64,000 bases of DNA, taken from positions 20,631,665-20,695,664 of the forward strand of contig CM119269.1 of the NCBI GenBank assembly GCA_051294375.1, written 5' to 3'. The notes beneath the pieces were generated by a model, which saw only the letters and a program-made list of their open reading frames with translations, did no database searches and was not told the origin of the DNA. This DNA comes from Paraspadella gotoi. Taxonomy: Eukaryota; Animalia; Chaetognatha. Below are positions 1-11,681 of the stretch, piece after piece. The translations under genes were made by a program, and so were the position numbers. The stretch's first letter is position 1, and each line of letters begins with the position of its first letter.

Positions 1-918
1 ACCTGTTCCCCAACACCACATACATGGGAGACGGATGTTGCTCCATCACGTTTAGAGGTGAGCAGAGGGATCCAGATAATTAAGTCAGTCTGAGGACTTG
101 GGGACTGAGCTCTTTTCCAAGCCAAGCTGAATAGAATTGTGAAAAGATAAATCCTTGATATTCCTGGAAGAAACTTTTTTGAGTTGAATGGATAATGAAT
201 ATTCTGCGCAGACCTCGCTGTAAAAGGTTTCATAATGCGAGAAAGCGTCGTTACGATGCTGGATGTTTCAAATGACTATTCTTCTATTATTTATGATCTC
301 GACATTACAATTTTCTTTTCAGACAACAGCGTCCAAAAAATGTGCCTTTTGTGCCGGTTATGTCGCGAAGACGTCTTGAACGCCTTTATGAACACCGTCG
401 TCGCAGCCAGATGCCTAGGACAACCCTCTGAAAAATCAAGTAGGAATATTCACATTCAGTATTATCTGTTTCGTTATCCGAGACCGTCTGTGCTTTCGGT
501 AGCGCTCCAAGTACTCTATCAAGCCACTCTAGACATCAGTCACTTTACGATCGTTTAAAACGGCTAATACCGCATTGTTTAATGTTTAGGATAACACTTG
601 GCCGAAATGTTGTGTACCCTGACGGTCTGAGACGCTTTATGTGCATATGCTTCATACCGTGTTTCATATGTTTTATATATTTTGAATGTGGAAATGCGAT
701 CACATGACTAGGAAGTCAATGCTTTGTAACTCTTGTCATAATAAATCAACATAATGAATAATTTGCTAAAAGGTAAGGTGTCATTCAATGTGACAAGTGA
801 TTATGTTTATTGTTTCAACACATAAAAATACAGTCACGACATCAAAAAGTTTATGCAGTATATAGTTCGAGTAATTCTTGGTTATTTCAGTAAATTCTTT
901 ACAAATAAGTGATTAACC

Positions 919-937
919 AATAATAATAATAATAATA

Positions 938-999
<62 letters not shown>

Positions 1000-1015
1000 T
1001 ATAACAATAATAATA
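919..1015. repeat. (TAA)n microsatellite
   Basis: Direct reading of the aataataat run. Confidence 0.95.
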
Positions 1016-1457
1016 ACCATAAGATTAGGAGTCTACGTCGTTCTTAGAAATCGAGGAAGACTTTTCCAATGGAGATTTTCGTTAAAATCTGACTACCAAA
1101 TAATGTCAACGCCCCTGAGAAAAATTCAGGTAAAAAATAGATGTAAAAACACTCGATTCCGATCCTGTTACATCTGAACTCTGAAGGGCTCGCATTTTTT
1201 TTCTCTTGACAAATAACCATCATTTTGACATCAAACCATCCAATTCAAATGGACTGGTACGCTTGGGAAAATATTTTTGACGCAATTTTTATATATAAAA
1301 TAAAGGGATTTCTCAACTTCAATACAATGTCAACGCATTTAAGGCATGTTGTCATTTTACAATAAACTTTGAATTCAGGAATCCGATAGCCATATATCTG
1401 AAGGGCTCTTAAAATTTTTCTTTACATTTTATTTGGTTATTTTAATATGATACGATC

Positions 1458-2496
1458 ATGGTAAAGTGAATTAGTCCATTTTGGTGAAATTTTTATTTAA
1501 AGTAAAAGTAAAAGAGGAGCTAACGATCGGAATTCTAAGAGTTTTCAACCAGGAGTCAGATTCGGGAAAAATCTTCTATGGCGAAAATCTTCCACAGAAG
1601 GGGTGGATTTTCCGAATATTTTAGTTAATATTTTCTATATTTATGGTCGGATTTTTTTGAAACTTAACAATAGCAATATTGCCATCATTCTACATTGGCC
1701 GGTAAAAGAATATATTAAAAAAACCTCTGACTTTTTTCGTCAGAGCTTAGTCCTAATAAGATGCTTATTGTGCATATGTTTCATTCATCTCGTGATCATC
1801 TGCAATGCATCTCCTAAAGAGAGAGTCACTGCGGCTCAACTCATTCAGTTTTGCTTCTTTTTTATTGAAGGCAATGAATCGGAGCCGGAACCCCAACCGG
1901 AACCCCAACCGAGGGGAGAAGAATCGACGAACAACTGCTTCTCGGAAAGATTCTGCCGACAACGTGGAAGAGTCTCGGTCAGCATCGAATACAAAGGGAC
2001 GAGGCTTTTGTGGCAGGGACTCAGGACGACTGGGTGCTGCTTTATGGAGGCAGACAACGGTGGGTGTTGGGAAGGGTGCTAAGCGAGGTGGTGTTTGTGA
2101 GTTGAGTTGGGGTGCTGCTTCACATACTGTCATATGAATTTTTTTTTTTTTTTGAATTTGAACGATTCATCGCGACTTCTCATTAAATCCCTTTGCTTTT
2201 TTTTTTCTAATTCTTTTATTATGTCTTGAATTCGTCGATCATTAACGATAAAAAGACATTAAATATTAATTTAAATTTTAACTAAGAGGGATTCCTCTCC
2301 AGGACAAAACGCAAGCATTTGCTTGGACGGTTGCCAGTGCGACGTCGGCTTCTTGAGGAGCAAAGGGCTCGACTTGATCAATACCAAATGGGAAGGAGAA
2401 GCCTGCCGCGCCATGGAGCATCGTGGAACCTTCGGCATCGTGGCGTTTTTGGCTTCGACGGCTTTGATGATGGCGACGGCGTTCGTCGGGATTTGA
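1458..2496 (+). CDS. Spliced orphan gene: small Cys-rich secreted protein, probably GPI-anchored (~153-170 aa)
   Basis: ATG|gtaaag at 1458-1460; acceptor cag|1744; coding 1744-2059 ending GAC AAC G|gtgggt; acceptor ctccag|2303 to TGA 2496. Phases match (0, then 1). Product MSLVLIRCLLCICFIHLVIICNA-SPKE...GNESEPEPQPEPQP...NNCFSERFC...GCCFMEADNGQNASICLDGCQCD...GEAC...GTFGIVAFLASTALMMATAFVGI*. It has a hydrophobic signal peptide and a C-terminal hydrophobic tail ending at the stop. 1820-1870 may be an in-frame 51-nt intron. Confidence 0.6.
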
Positions 2497-3209
2497 AGCA
2501 GTTGATAGTGGGGAGGTGGGGAGGTGGGGTGAAAGAAGTGATGGAAAGATATTGTTAACTGGTAAATAAGTTGTAACTTAGTTCAGAAGTCAACGTTTGT
2601 CATTTGATGTTTAAAATTTGTGGAATAATAAACGTGACATTTTTTTTTTTTAATTTCGCGACTTTTTCGTAGAAAAGGGCCATACTAAAGCTATTCGACT
2701 TTTTTTGCGAATTACTCTTCCCCAAAATGGCTCCACAGCGGAACATCAGTGGTCGCGTCCCCCCCATCGGGCGTCCAAATGATTTTTAACGATACAGTTG
2801 ATCAGTTTTCATCCAAACTTTTTTCCCTACTTTTTCCTTTCCTTACATTTTTTCCTCTCCTGTTATTCCTTCCTTGACCTACCATGACGCGATGCCCCTC
2901 CAACTTACCTCACTGGATTGTACTCGATCGAAAAATCTTCGATATTTACTCACACAAACAATATATCAAAACAAAATAGTTAAACGCTCATATTTTTCTT
3001 GTTCGCAAACTTTTTTTTCTTTTAAATAAAACCTCAACTCGGACCGAGAAATCTTCTCCTGGGCCTTGAGATTTTCTTCTTAGTAATTAGTATTGACCTC
3101 GCGTTACGTCTCACGCTAAGTCTTGTCACGTCAAGTCACTTTATGTTTCAGTTGAAAGGCGAGATTTCAAAGGTCGAACGAGAAAAATCGTGATAACAAT
3201 CTGCAAACA

Positions 3210-3278
<69 letters not shown>

Positions 3279-3726
3279 GATTATTGTACAATTACTAAAT
3301 TATAATTTTTACAGACTGCCCCGTAACTTACTACAGTTACTATTTAAATAAACGTTACATGACAACTTGGCCTAATTTTTGACTGCTTTGATGAGGACGA
3401 AGTCGCCGACAACGACGACGACGACAACGACGACGAAGGCGTCAAAAAAATAGACTCGGACAAATATGAGACGTCACGCCCGAGGATGCGTCGCCTGCGA
3501 GGAGAGATAATGAAGCCGATAGAAGGAGGAAAGAATATTGAAGAGAATAAAATGGAGGAGAGAAGAGGTGAAGGATTAGGAAATCTTATAAGGGGAGAAG
3601 ATCTATGTCTAGGATGTGGAAAGAGTTTTGTTTTTGTTCAACCTGTCATTTTAAACATTACGAAACAATGAGAAAAAATCTTAAAAGCAATAGGGATCGA
3701 GCCGCTATTCGATGGTAACTCAAATA

Positions 3727-3922
3727 TTTGATGCGATTGTATAACAAATATTGATGCGATGATAACCAATAATTGATGCGATTGATAACAAAATAACTGA
3801 TGTGATGATAATCAAATGATTGATGCGATGATAGTCATTCAATTGATGTGATGATAATCATTCATGGATATGATGATAATCATTTCATTGATGCGATGAT
3901 AGTCATTCATTGACGCGTGAAT
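3727..3922. repeat. Degenerate ~22-bp minisatellite (ATTGATGCGATGATAAYCAAT-like)
   Basis: About nine tandem copies of tgatg(c/t)gatgata(a/g)(c/t)ca. Confidence 0.85.
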
Positions 3923-3965
3923 CATTCATCGTAAATAAAACAAACAAATGCGTGTATGAATGAAA

Positions 3966-4024
<59 letters not shown>

Positions 4025-4089
4025 CAGAGTGAGAGAGGCTGGTCAGTTTTCACTCTCGTTTTATATGAAGAATAATCAAAATTTTTTGA

Positions 4090-4964
4090 AAAAAAATTCA
4101 CGAAAATCTCGGATGTAAATTTGGGATTTTGTATTGAGAAAAAGCGCGGAATAAAATGGCGGAAAATAGAAAGAAAAAAAAGAGAGAGAGAGAGAGAGAA
4201 GAGAGAGAGATGGAGAGAGATGAAGAGAGAGAGAGAAGAAAGATAGGAGAGAAGCTGGACCGCCCTGCAGAGCTGAACTCGTTTTTCGACGTATCTGAGT
4301 AGGGACGAACTCTTTTCCTTTCTAATATTTTTTTTACTTATCAAAAAAAATTTTAGGTCCTCATCTTAAAAAGTTTTAATCTTTGAATGAAATTTTAGAT
4401 TGTTCTTTTTTTTTAAGAAGAAACCAGACCGAAGGTCAAAATTTCAATATTTGAATATTTAACTAATTTTATAAATATTTATCCCAACTCAAATAATTAT
4501 TATTTTAAAAAAGAATAAAAATGTAAATATATACACTAAAAAATTTTACAATTTTAAATTGTAAAAATTTGTTAGAAATAACAAAAAAAGTAATGTTTAA
4601 TTTGACAAATATCTCTCTTCTCAACTCTATTGTTAGATATAATTTGCCAATAGTGGGCCGACCGTCCAAAGTTACAGTAATAAACAAAAAACAAAAAAAA
4701 AATTTTTGGTAGAAAGTTATATATGCAATTAAATTAATCGCGCAATTGCCGCGACATATAGCAGCTATATGTACAGCAGCAGAGCTGATGTACATGTGAC
4801 ATTGCCTGCATTTTTTTTTCTAAAATGAATCCATGAAAATCTCGGATGTAATTTTGGATTTTGTATAGAGAAAAAAAAATAAATGGCGATAATAAAAGTT
4901 TTTTAGAAGGAAAAAAAATAATAAGAATTTTTCAAAAAAACGAACGATCGTACATTGGAGAGAG

Positions 4965-5009
<45 letters not shown>

Positions 5010-5237
5010 AGAGCTGAACAGAGCCGGAACTCGTTTACTCGTTTACTCGTCGCCTGGTGAAAAAAAAAGTGACTAAAAATTTTTTTTTTGCTAAAAAAAA
5101 AAAGAGAGAGAGTGAGAGATAGAGAGAGCCGGAACTCGTTTAATGACGGAGGTGAAAAAAAGGTGACTAAAAATTATTTTTGTACAAAAAAAAGAGATAG
5201 AAAGAGAGAAAGAGAGAGAGAGAGACAAGATAGAGAG

Positions 5238-5287
<50 letters not shown>

Positions 5288-5339
5288 AGACCGGAACTCG
5301 TTTACTCGTTTACAAGTGAATAAATTTTTTTTTTGTAAA

Positions 5340-5373
<34 letters not shown>

Positions 5374-5374
5374 C

Positions 5375-5460
<86 letters not shown>

Positions 5461-5831
5461 AAGTTTTTCCCGCCAACGATACGCATATTAGGTCACTCTT
5501 GTTTATATCGGCGTGATCTCGGTCAAGTTGATTTTTTTTATACACGTAACGTTTCGTTGCCATCAAAACGGTTATTAGGTCATGTTCCTCGCATTGTTTA
5601 TCGTTGCCCCGCAATCGGCCACGAAATCCAGGTCAAGTAAGTTATTCTTGCACATTTTTCCTCAAAAAAATCCACGAAAATCTCAGATGTAAATTTGGGA
5701 TTTTGTATTGAGAAAGAAGCGCGCGAATAAATGGCGATAATAAAAGTTTTTTAGAAGGAAAAGAAATCATAAGAATTTTTCAAAAAACGGTGGTAAAACA
5801 AAGTGAATAATTTTTTTTATTGTAAAAAAAA

Positions 5832-5881
<50 letters not shown>

Positions 5882-6100
5882 AAGGGAGAACGGGGAGAGA
5901 GAGAGGAGAGCCTGAACTCGTTTTTTTAAACGATTTCAGAAAAGGCCGCGCCTGATCAAATATATATGTTTTTTTAGAAAGAAAAAAAAAATCAGAATTT
6001 TTCAAAAAAACGAACGATCACGCAAGAGATCGCACAACAAAGAGAGACAGAACTCGTTTTTAAAACGATTCAGAAAGGTCAGCGCTAAAAAAAAATATAT
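4090..6100. repeat. Three degenerate tandem units (~0.7-0.85 kb) interleaved with GA microsatellites
   Basis: The block CACGAAAATCTCGGATGTAAATTTGGGATTTTGTATTGAGAAA...AAATGGCG recurs near 4099, 4830 and 5671. GAGCCGGAACTCGTTT recurs many times. Confidence 0.75.
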
Positions 6101-6634
6101 ATAATTAAAAAATAAATAAAAGAAAGGCAAAAAATGTTACAATGGTTACAATTGGAAACTTTTCCAATTTTTTCCAATCGCAGCTTGTAAAAAGATTTTA
6201 TTTTTATTTGTATTAAAATTAAGATATAGCTTCTCATTAAAAAAATCCTTTGAGTTCCCATTTTTATTAGAAATTTAAAAAAAAATTTTTTGATATTTCA
6301 TCTTCAATATTATATACTGCAATAGTAAATTAGCTTAAAGCATTTCTATATACTAATTTGGATATTATAATGTACGTATACTATATCTCATTTGCATATT
6401 GCAGTAAATCTAATCAAATGGAAATTCAAACAAAAAATACTTAAATCCAAATGTAATAAGAAATATCAAAAGCTATTTCAAGTTGAGAAGCCATATCTAA
6501 TTTTTTAACTTACTATGATCGCACACTTTGTGTAAAACTTTATAATAATTCATAATAATTTTTATTTAAAAAAAAAACGGTAAGTCCCAGCCAAAACTAT
6601 AAAAGCGCAGTAGTTTTTTATACAAAAAATAGCG

Positions 6635-6730
6635 TGACGCCGACGACGACGACGACTTACGTCACAAAGAATCAAACCTAAAACATTATAGAAATGACCT
6701 TGCCCCGGCTTCGCCGGTCAAGGCTCGATA
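6635..6730 (+). mobile_element. Probable 3' end of a non-autonomous Helentron/Helitron-like element
   Basis: (GAC)n tract at 6636-6656 followed by a GC-rich hairpin CCTTGCCCCGG-CTTCG-CCGGTCAAGG (6698-6723) and an A-rich flank. A microsatellite plus 3' stem-loop is the DINE-1/HINE layout. Confidence 0.4.
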
Positions 6731-7223
6731 AAAACACAGAACCTGAAAAACAAAAAATCACGAAACAAAGAAGAAAAGATAGAAGGAATCGTCACCAGGG
6801 AGTTTCCCGCGAGGGAAGGAGTCGCCCCAAGAGAAAAAGATACTAGAGTGAAGAACGATATATTCGCGATGAAACGACGGTTAAGCCATGAATCTTAACA
6901 AACGAAAAATGAGACGGGTACTTCAACAGCCGTGATGCTCATGTGGGGCATTTCACCTGTTAAGGGATTCGGACCCAGAGTGGCGCCGCGTTGGAAAAGC
7001 GTGACGGTAAGGAGGGACAAAATTATCAGACGGTGTTTTTAAATTAAACAAATTATGCTCTTTTTTTTATGAAAACAAACGAGGACATTTGCGACTGTTT
7101 AGCCACAATATACGGGTTCCCTTTACTCATTCTACTTTAAACTCTTTCTTGTCCGCTCTCGAAATATAAGTGGGAACGAGATTTAACCCTGAACAGGTTC
7201 GTTGGTTGTCTCAGGATGAGGTA

Positions 7224-9321
7224 CAGTATCGGTTTTGAAGAACCTGGAAAAGTCCAGGGAGGCTGTAACTTTTTTGTAAATGCTGGAAATCAGCTGAAAA
7301 TCGAATACGGGTTAGACTTGAGGGTGGTTTATTCCCCATAAGAGTTTGAGCCACTTTAAAAAAAAATAGTGAATGGGCATTTTTTTGGACAAAAAATTAA
7401 TTTGCATACTGTAAAAAAAATATGGTAGTAAATACTCTTATATTATGGTGATATAACCGGGAGGGGTTGCCTAAACCAGTGGTAAAACAAAATGATCAAA
7501 TACAGCTTTGTTAAAACTCATTTGCATACAGTAGCAATATATTTTTTTATAATATTGTATTTTCAGTCTTATGATAATTTTAAAAAAATTTCTTTCGAAT
7601 AATAGCTAACTGAAACACCAATAACATACAATGAATAAAATAGAATATTTGTTATTCTTTAATCCAAAATTAATTTTCAACAAAACATCAAAATATGCAT
7701 TTTTTTGAACAAATGTTTTTTTTAAAATAGTAATTAGGCCAACCAACTGTCCTCGGTTCACTGATTACAAATATATAATTTTTTTTTAAATACGACTACT
7801 ATATTATGAAATATAACCCTTCAAAACCTTAAAAAATACAGAAAAACACCCTTAATTCAAACTTTAATGAAAACCGTTCCAATGATATTACATCTCTCAT
7901 ACTTTACTACATATCAAGGAGAACCATCAGGTTTATTGTGTGGAAAGTTATAGATACACTTTTGATAAGGAATGACTGCACAGGAAGGCGAAAAAATAGA
8001 TGGATGAACTATATCAGCTTGAATTGAATAATATACTCTTGCTGAATAAGGCGGAACAAAGTAAAAACTAAGAGTTCTGTAATATAAATAACGTAGAGCA
8101 TCCCTGTGGATGACGAGAATTAAAAAAAAAAATTAAAATTTTATATATAATAAATAATATAGAAGCATTTAAAGTTATCGTATTACTATAAATCATGAAA
8201 TTTTTTTTTTCAAAATCAGAATTTTTAAAGCGGATTTGGGTAGAGATTGAAAATAATAAAAAATATTATTACAAGATTTTCAAATTTTATTGTTTTATTG
8301 CTTAAATTTAAACAAAACTAATAAAATTGTGGTACGAGCGAATGAATGATGATGATTTTAAAAAAGTTTTTCCATTATTTGACCCACTTATCATCAAAAT
8401 ATTGAAAAAACGCATTATATTTGTGTAGAAAACTTTTTAATGAGCTATCTGAATCGGTTCTTAAAAAATAAAAATTTTACTTTGTTCGCCTTATTAAGCA
8501 AGAGTACATTATTCAATTACAAGCTGATATAGTTCATCTATTTTTGCCGCCTTCCTGTGCAGTGTGCAGTCATTCCTTATCGAAGTTATCTATAACTTTC
8601 ACACAATAAACCTGATGGTTCTCCTTGATATGTATTAAGTATGAGAGATGTAATATCAATGGAACGGTTTTTATTAAAGTTTGAATTTAAGGGTGTTTTT
8701 CTGTATTTTTTAAGGTTTTGAAGGGTTATATTTCATAATATAGTAGTCGTATTTAAAAAAAAATTATATATTTGTAATCAGTGCACCGAGGACAGTTGGT
8801 TGGCATAATTACTATTTTTAAAAAAACATTTGTTCAAAACAATGCATATTTTGATATTTTGTTGAAAATTAATTTTGGATTAAAGAATAACAAATATTCT
8901 ATTTTATTCATTGTATGTTATTGGTGTATCAGTTAGCTATTATTTAGAATAAAATTTTTTTAAAATTATGCATAAGATTAAAAATACAATATTATAAAAA
9001 AATATATTGCTACTGTATGCAAATGAGTTTTAACAAAGCTGTATTTGATCATTTTGTTTTACCACTGGTTTAGGCAACCCCTCCCGGTTATATCACCATA
9101 ATATAAGAGTATTTACTACCATATTTTTTTTACAGTATGCAAATTAATTTTTTGTCCAAAAAAATGCCCATTCACTATTTTTTTTTTAAAGTGGCTCAAA
9201 CTCTTATGGGGAATAAACCACCCTCAGGTCTAACCCGTATTCGATTTTCAGCTGATTTCCAGCATTTACAAAAAAGTTACAGCCTCCCTGGACTTTTCCA
9301 GGTTCTTCAAAACCGATACTG
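7224..9321. mobile_element. Non-autonomous foldback DNA transposon, Tc1/mariner-type ends, ~845-bp inverted arms
   Basis: TA|CAGTATCGGTTTTGAAGAACCTGGAAAAG... at 7222-7224 and ...CTTTTCCAGGTTCTTCAAAACCGATACTG|TA at 9321-9323. Arms 7224-8066 and 8475-9321 are near-perfect reverse complements around a ~410-bp AT-rich spacer. No transposase ORF. Confidence 0.9.
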
Positions 9322-10002
9322 TATGAATTAATGAAATAACGAAAAAATGAGTGAGAGAGAGGGGGAGAGAGAGAGAGAGAGAGAGAGAGAATGATTGTAG
9401 CATTCTCCACTTGCCGTTCCCTCACTGGGCGAATCGAATCGAGCAATAACAACTTGTGTTACTATAACGATGACAACGCTTCCAACAACGATAATGACGC
9501 TAGCGCCATTACTCGACCCTTCCACCTTTCGAGGAAATCCCTGGTGAGGAAATGATCCTTCCCACCTTTTCGTCCCCTGGCGGCCGAAAATAGACATTAT
9601 CGCGACAACGATGACGACAGTTGCGACGACGATGTTGACGGAAAAAAAAAGCCAACACGAACTTATTGGTGAATCCCTTTGAAATAAGGAAAAAAATCGC
9701 TTGTTAAGCTGACTGATATTTAAATGTCATTAAAATTTCTTAATTAGTATTAATTCATTGACGAAACTCAAAGGTAATTTTTTTTTTCTTGAGAGCAAAA
9801 AAAAGAAGTCGTGAAGTCGTTAATAAGGGTTCCTCGTTCCATCTCCGTCGAAAATGCGAAAATGCGATGAGGAAGTGAGATTTCGGCCAATTGAGAGTAT
9901 TTTTAGAAAGATTAAGAGGGGAGAGAAAGAGAGAGAAAAAGCCTGAATGAGGAGAGAAGAAAATGAGAGGAAGGGAAAGAGGGAGGGAGGGAGGGAGGGA
10001 GA

Positions 10003-10044
<42 letters not shown>

Positions 10045-10540
10045 ATTTGATTTCTTTATTTATTGTCACTCTTTTTTTTTTCTTCCTTTAATTGGATTAA
10101 GGATAAAGATTAGGAATTAGGGTTTAGGACTAGATTATAAGTTTGGTTTAAATTAGGGTTAAAGTCTAAAAATTAAGATATTAGGAGCAGAAATGCGGCG
10201 CTTTTGGAAAAGAGAGCCGGAACTTAATCAAGGTATTTTGTTACTTGACTTAGCAGAGGCAATTGTGGGGACCGCATTCCTTCTCATATGATGTGTCGGT
10301 TGTAAAATATTTTAATTAAGGATCTGCCACAATCTAGTTCATTAACCCCTTTTGTTCTCTGATATTACGTTTAAGATATAGGGCAAAAACAGTTGGAAGC
10401 ATTGAAACAGTGCTTCATTCAAAATTTGAGTTTAACAAAAGAATTAAACATTGGGCAAAAGCTAGCTTTTTTTCACTAGGTATTTCTATTATTTGTTGGT
10501 TTTTACTTATTTTTTATCTTTTTTAATTTTTTTTATATAC

Positions 10541-10794
10541 GTTTCAAATTAAAGCTTATGCTTTGTAGATAATGATAGACATATAGATATTTAAATTGTA
10601 AGCATATTCACTAAACTACTTAAAAATTTTTCTAAAAAAATTTAAAAAACTTTAATGAGCATTTAAAAAAAACCTGCCTTTATCAAATTTTACTGACCTA
10701 CCACATTAAGTGTCTCATGGGTATACTTTAAGAATTTATAGGTTTCAGAGATGGCACTTTTTTGTTTCTTTCACATCCTCTCTGCCCTACCGTG
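10541..10794. mobile_element. Partial copy of the CACGG-ended MITE found at 63490-63941
   Basis: 10541-10794 is the reverse complement of ~63490-63705 and ends in ...CTCTGCCCTACCGTG. Confidence 0.8.
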
Positions 10795-10992
10795 GATAAA
10801 TAAATAAATATATTTTTAAAATCAGGTTCAAAGCTTTCGCCTTAAAAAGGATTAAATTTATTTAGCCTTTTAATTTTGCGCAGCCTGCCTTTCGAAAAAA
10901 CCGGGTCTCGAGGAGTCTGTTTCCAAGATAAGGTAGAATAATAATTGGGTAAATCTGATATCAAATACATTGAAGTCAAATCTGATTGGAAG

Positions 10993-11539
10993 ATGACAAC
11001 AATGAAGTCGATTTTCGTCTTTATCCTTTTCTGTTTAGCTTCGATTACAGGTAACCTACGATATAACAATTTTTTTTTATTGTTTGAAAAGTTTTTAATT
11101 TTGTCAGCTTATTCTCTTATACTCTTATAGCCTCTTTGCTCTTACGCTAAAAATACCAGTGATTTCAGAAATTATTTAAATAATTTTTTAGCCTGTTGAA
11201 AAAAAAACATAAATATGGCGAAAATGAAGTTTAAAAATTTAAGTCAAATTATAATGTTGGAACATATAACAAGACAGAAATACAAGTTTATCTTTAACGT
11301 CGCATATATTCGCAACAAATTGACTCAAAAAAACAAAAACAATCGATTCTTTCACTTTTTTACATTTTTTTTTTCTTATATAATATTTTTACTTACGTAA
11401 CTTCTTATATACTATTTTTACTGACATAACAAGTGTTTTAAAGTTAATGTTTCAAGTTAGCAATTCGTGTTGGAATCAGCAGTTTTTTTTTTTCTAATAT
11501 TCTTTAAGGTAGTCCAGGGAGTTATGGTATAAAAAGTCA

Positions 11540-11599
<60 letters not shown>

Positions 11600-11642
11600 C
11601 ATTTGAACATTTGAACATTGATCTGAGTGGGGCTTTAGGCAC

Positions 11643-11681
<39 letters not shown>

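Noticed and set aside
323-439. Possible phase-1 exon DNSVQKMCLLCRLCRE..
   Set aside because: The splice-like ends are plausible, but I found no recognisable homology or convincing partner exon in the window.
3727-3922. CRISPR-like regular repeats
   Set aside because: Head-to-tail degenerate units without unique spacers, no cas genes, and a eukaryotic context.
3922-6005. ERER/LSLS-rich ORFs here and throughout the window
   Set aside because: (GA)n/(CT)n microsatellite translations.
10105-10165. TTAGGG-like motifs (also AACCCT at ~44395-44432)
   Set aside because: Few and irregular; more like internal motifs of DNA repeats than an interstitial telomere.
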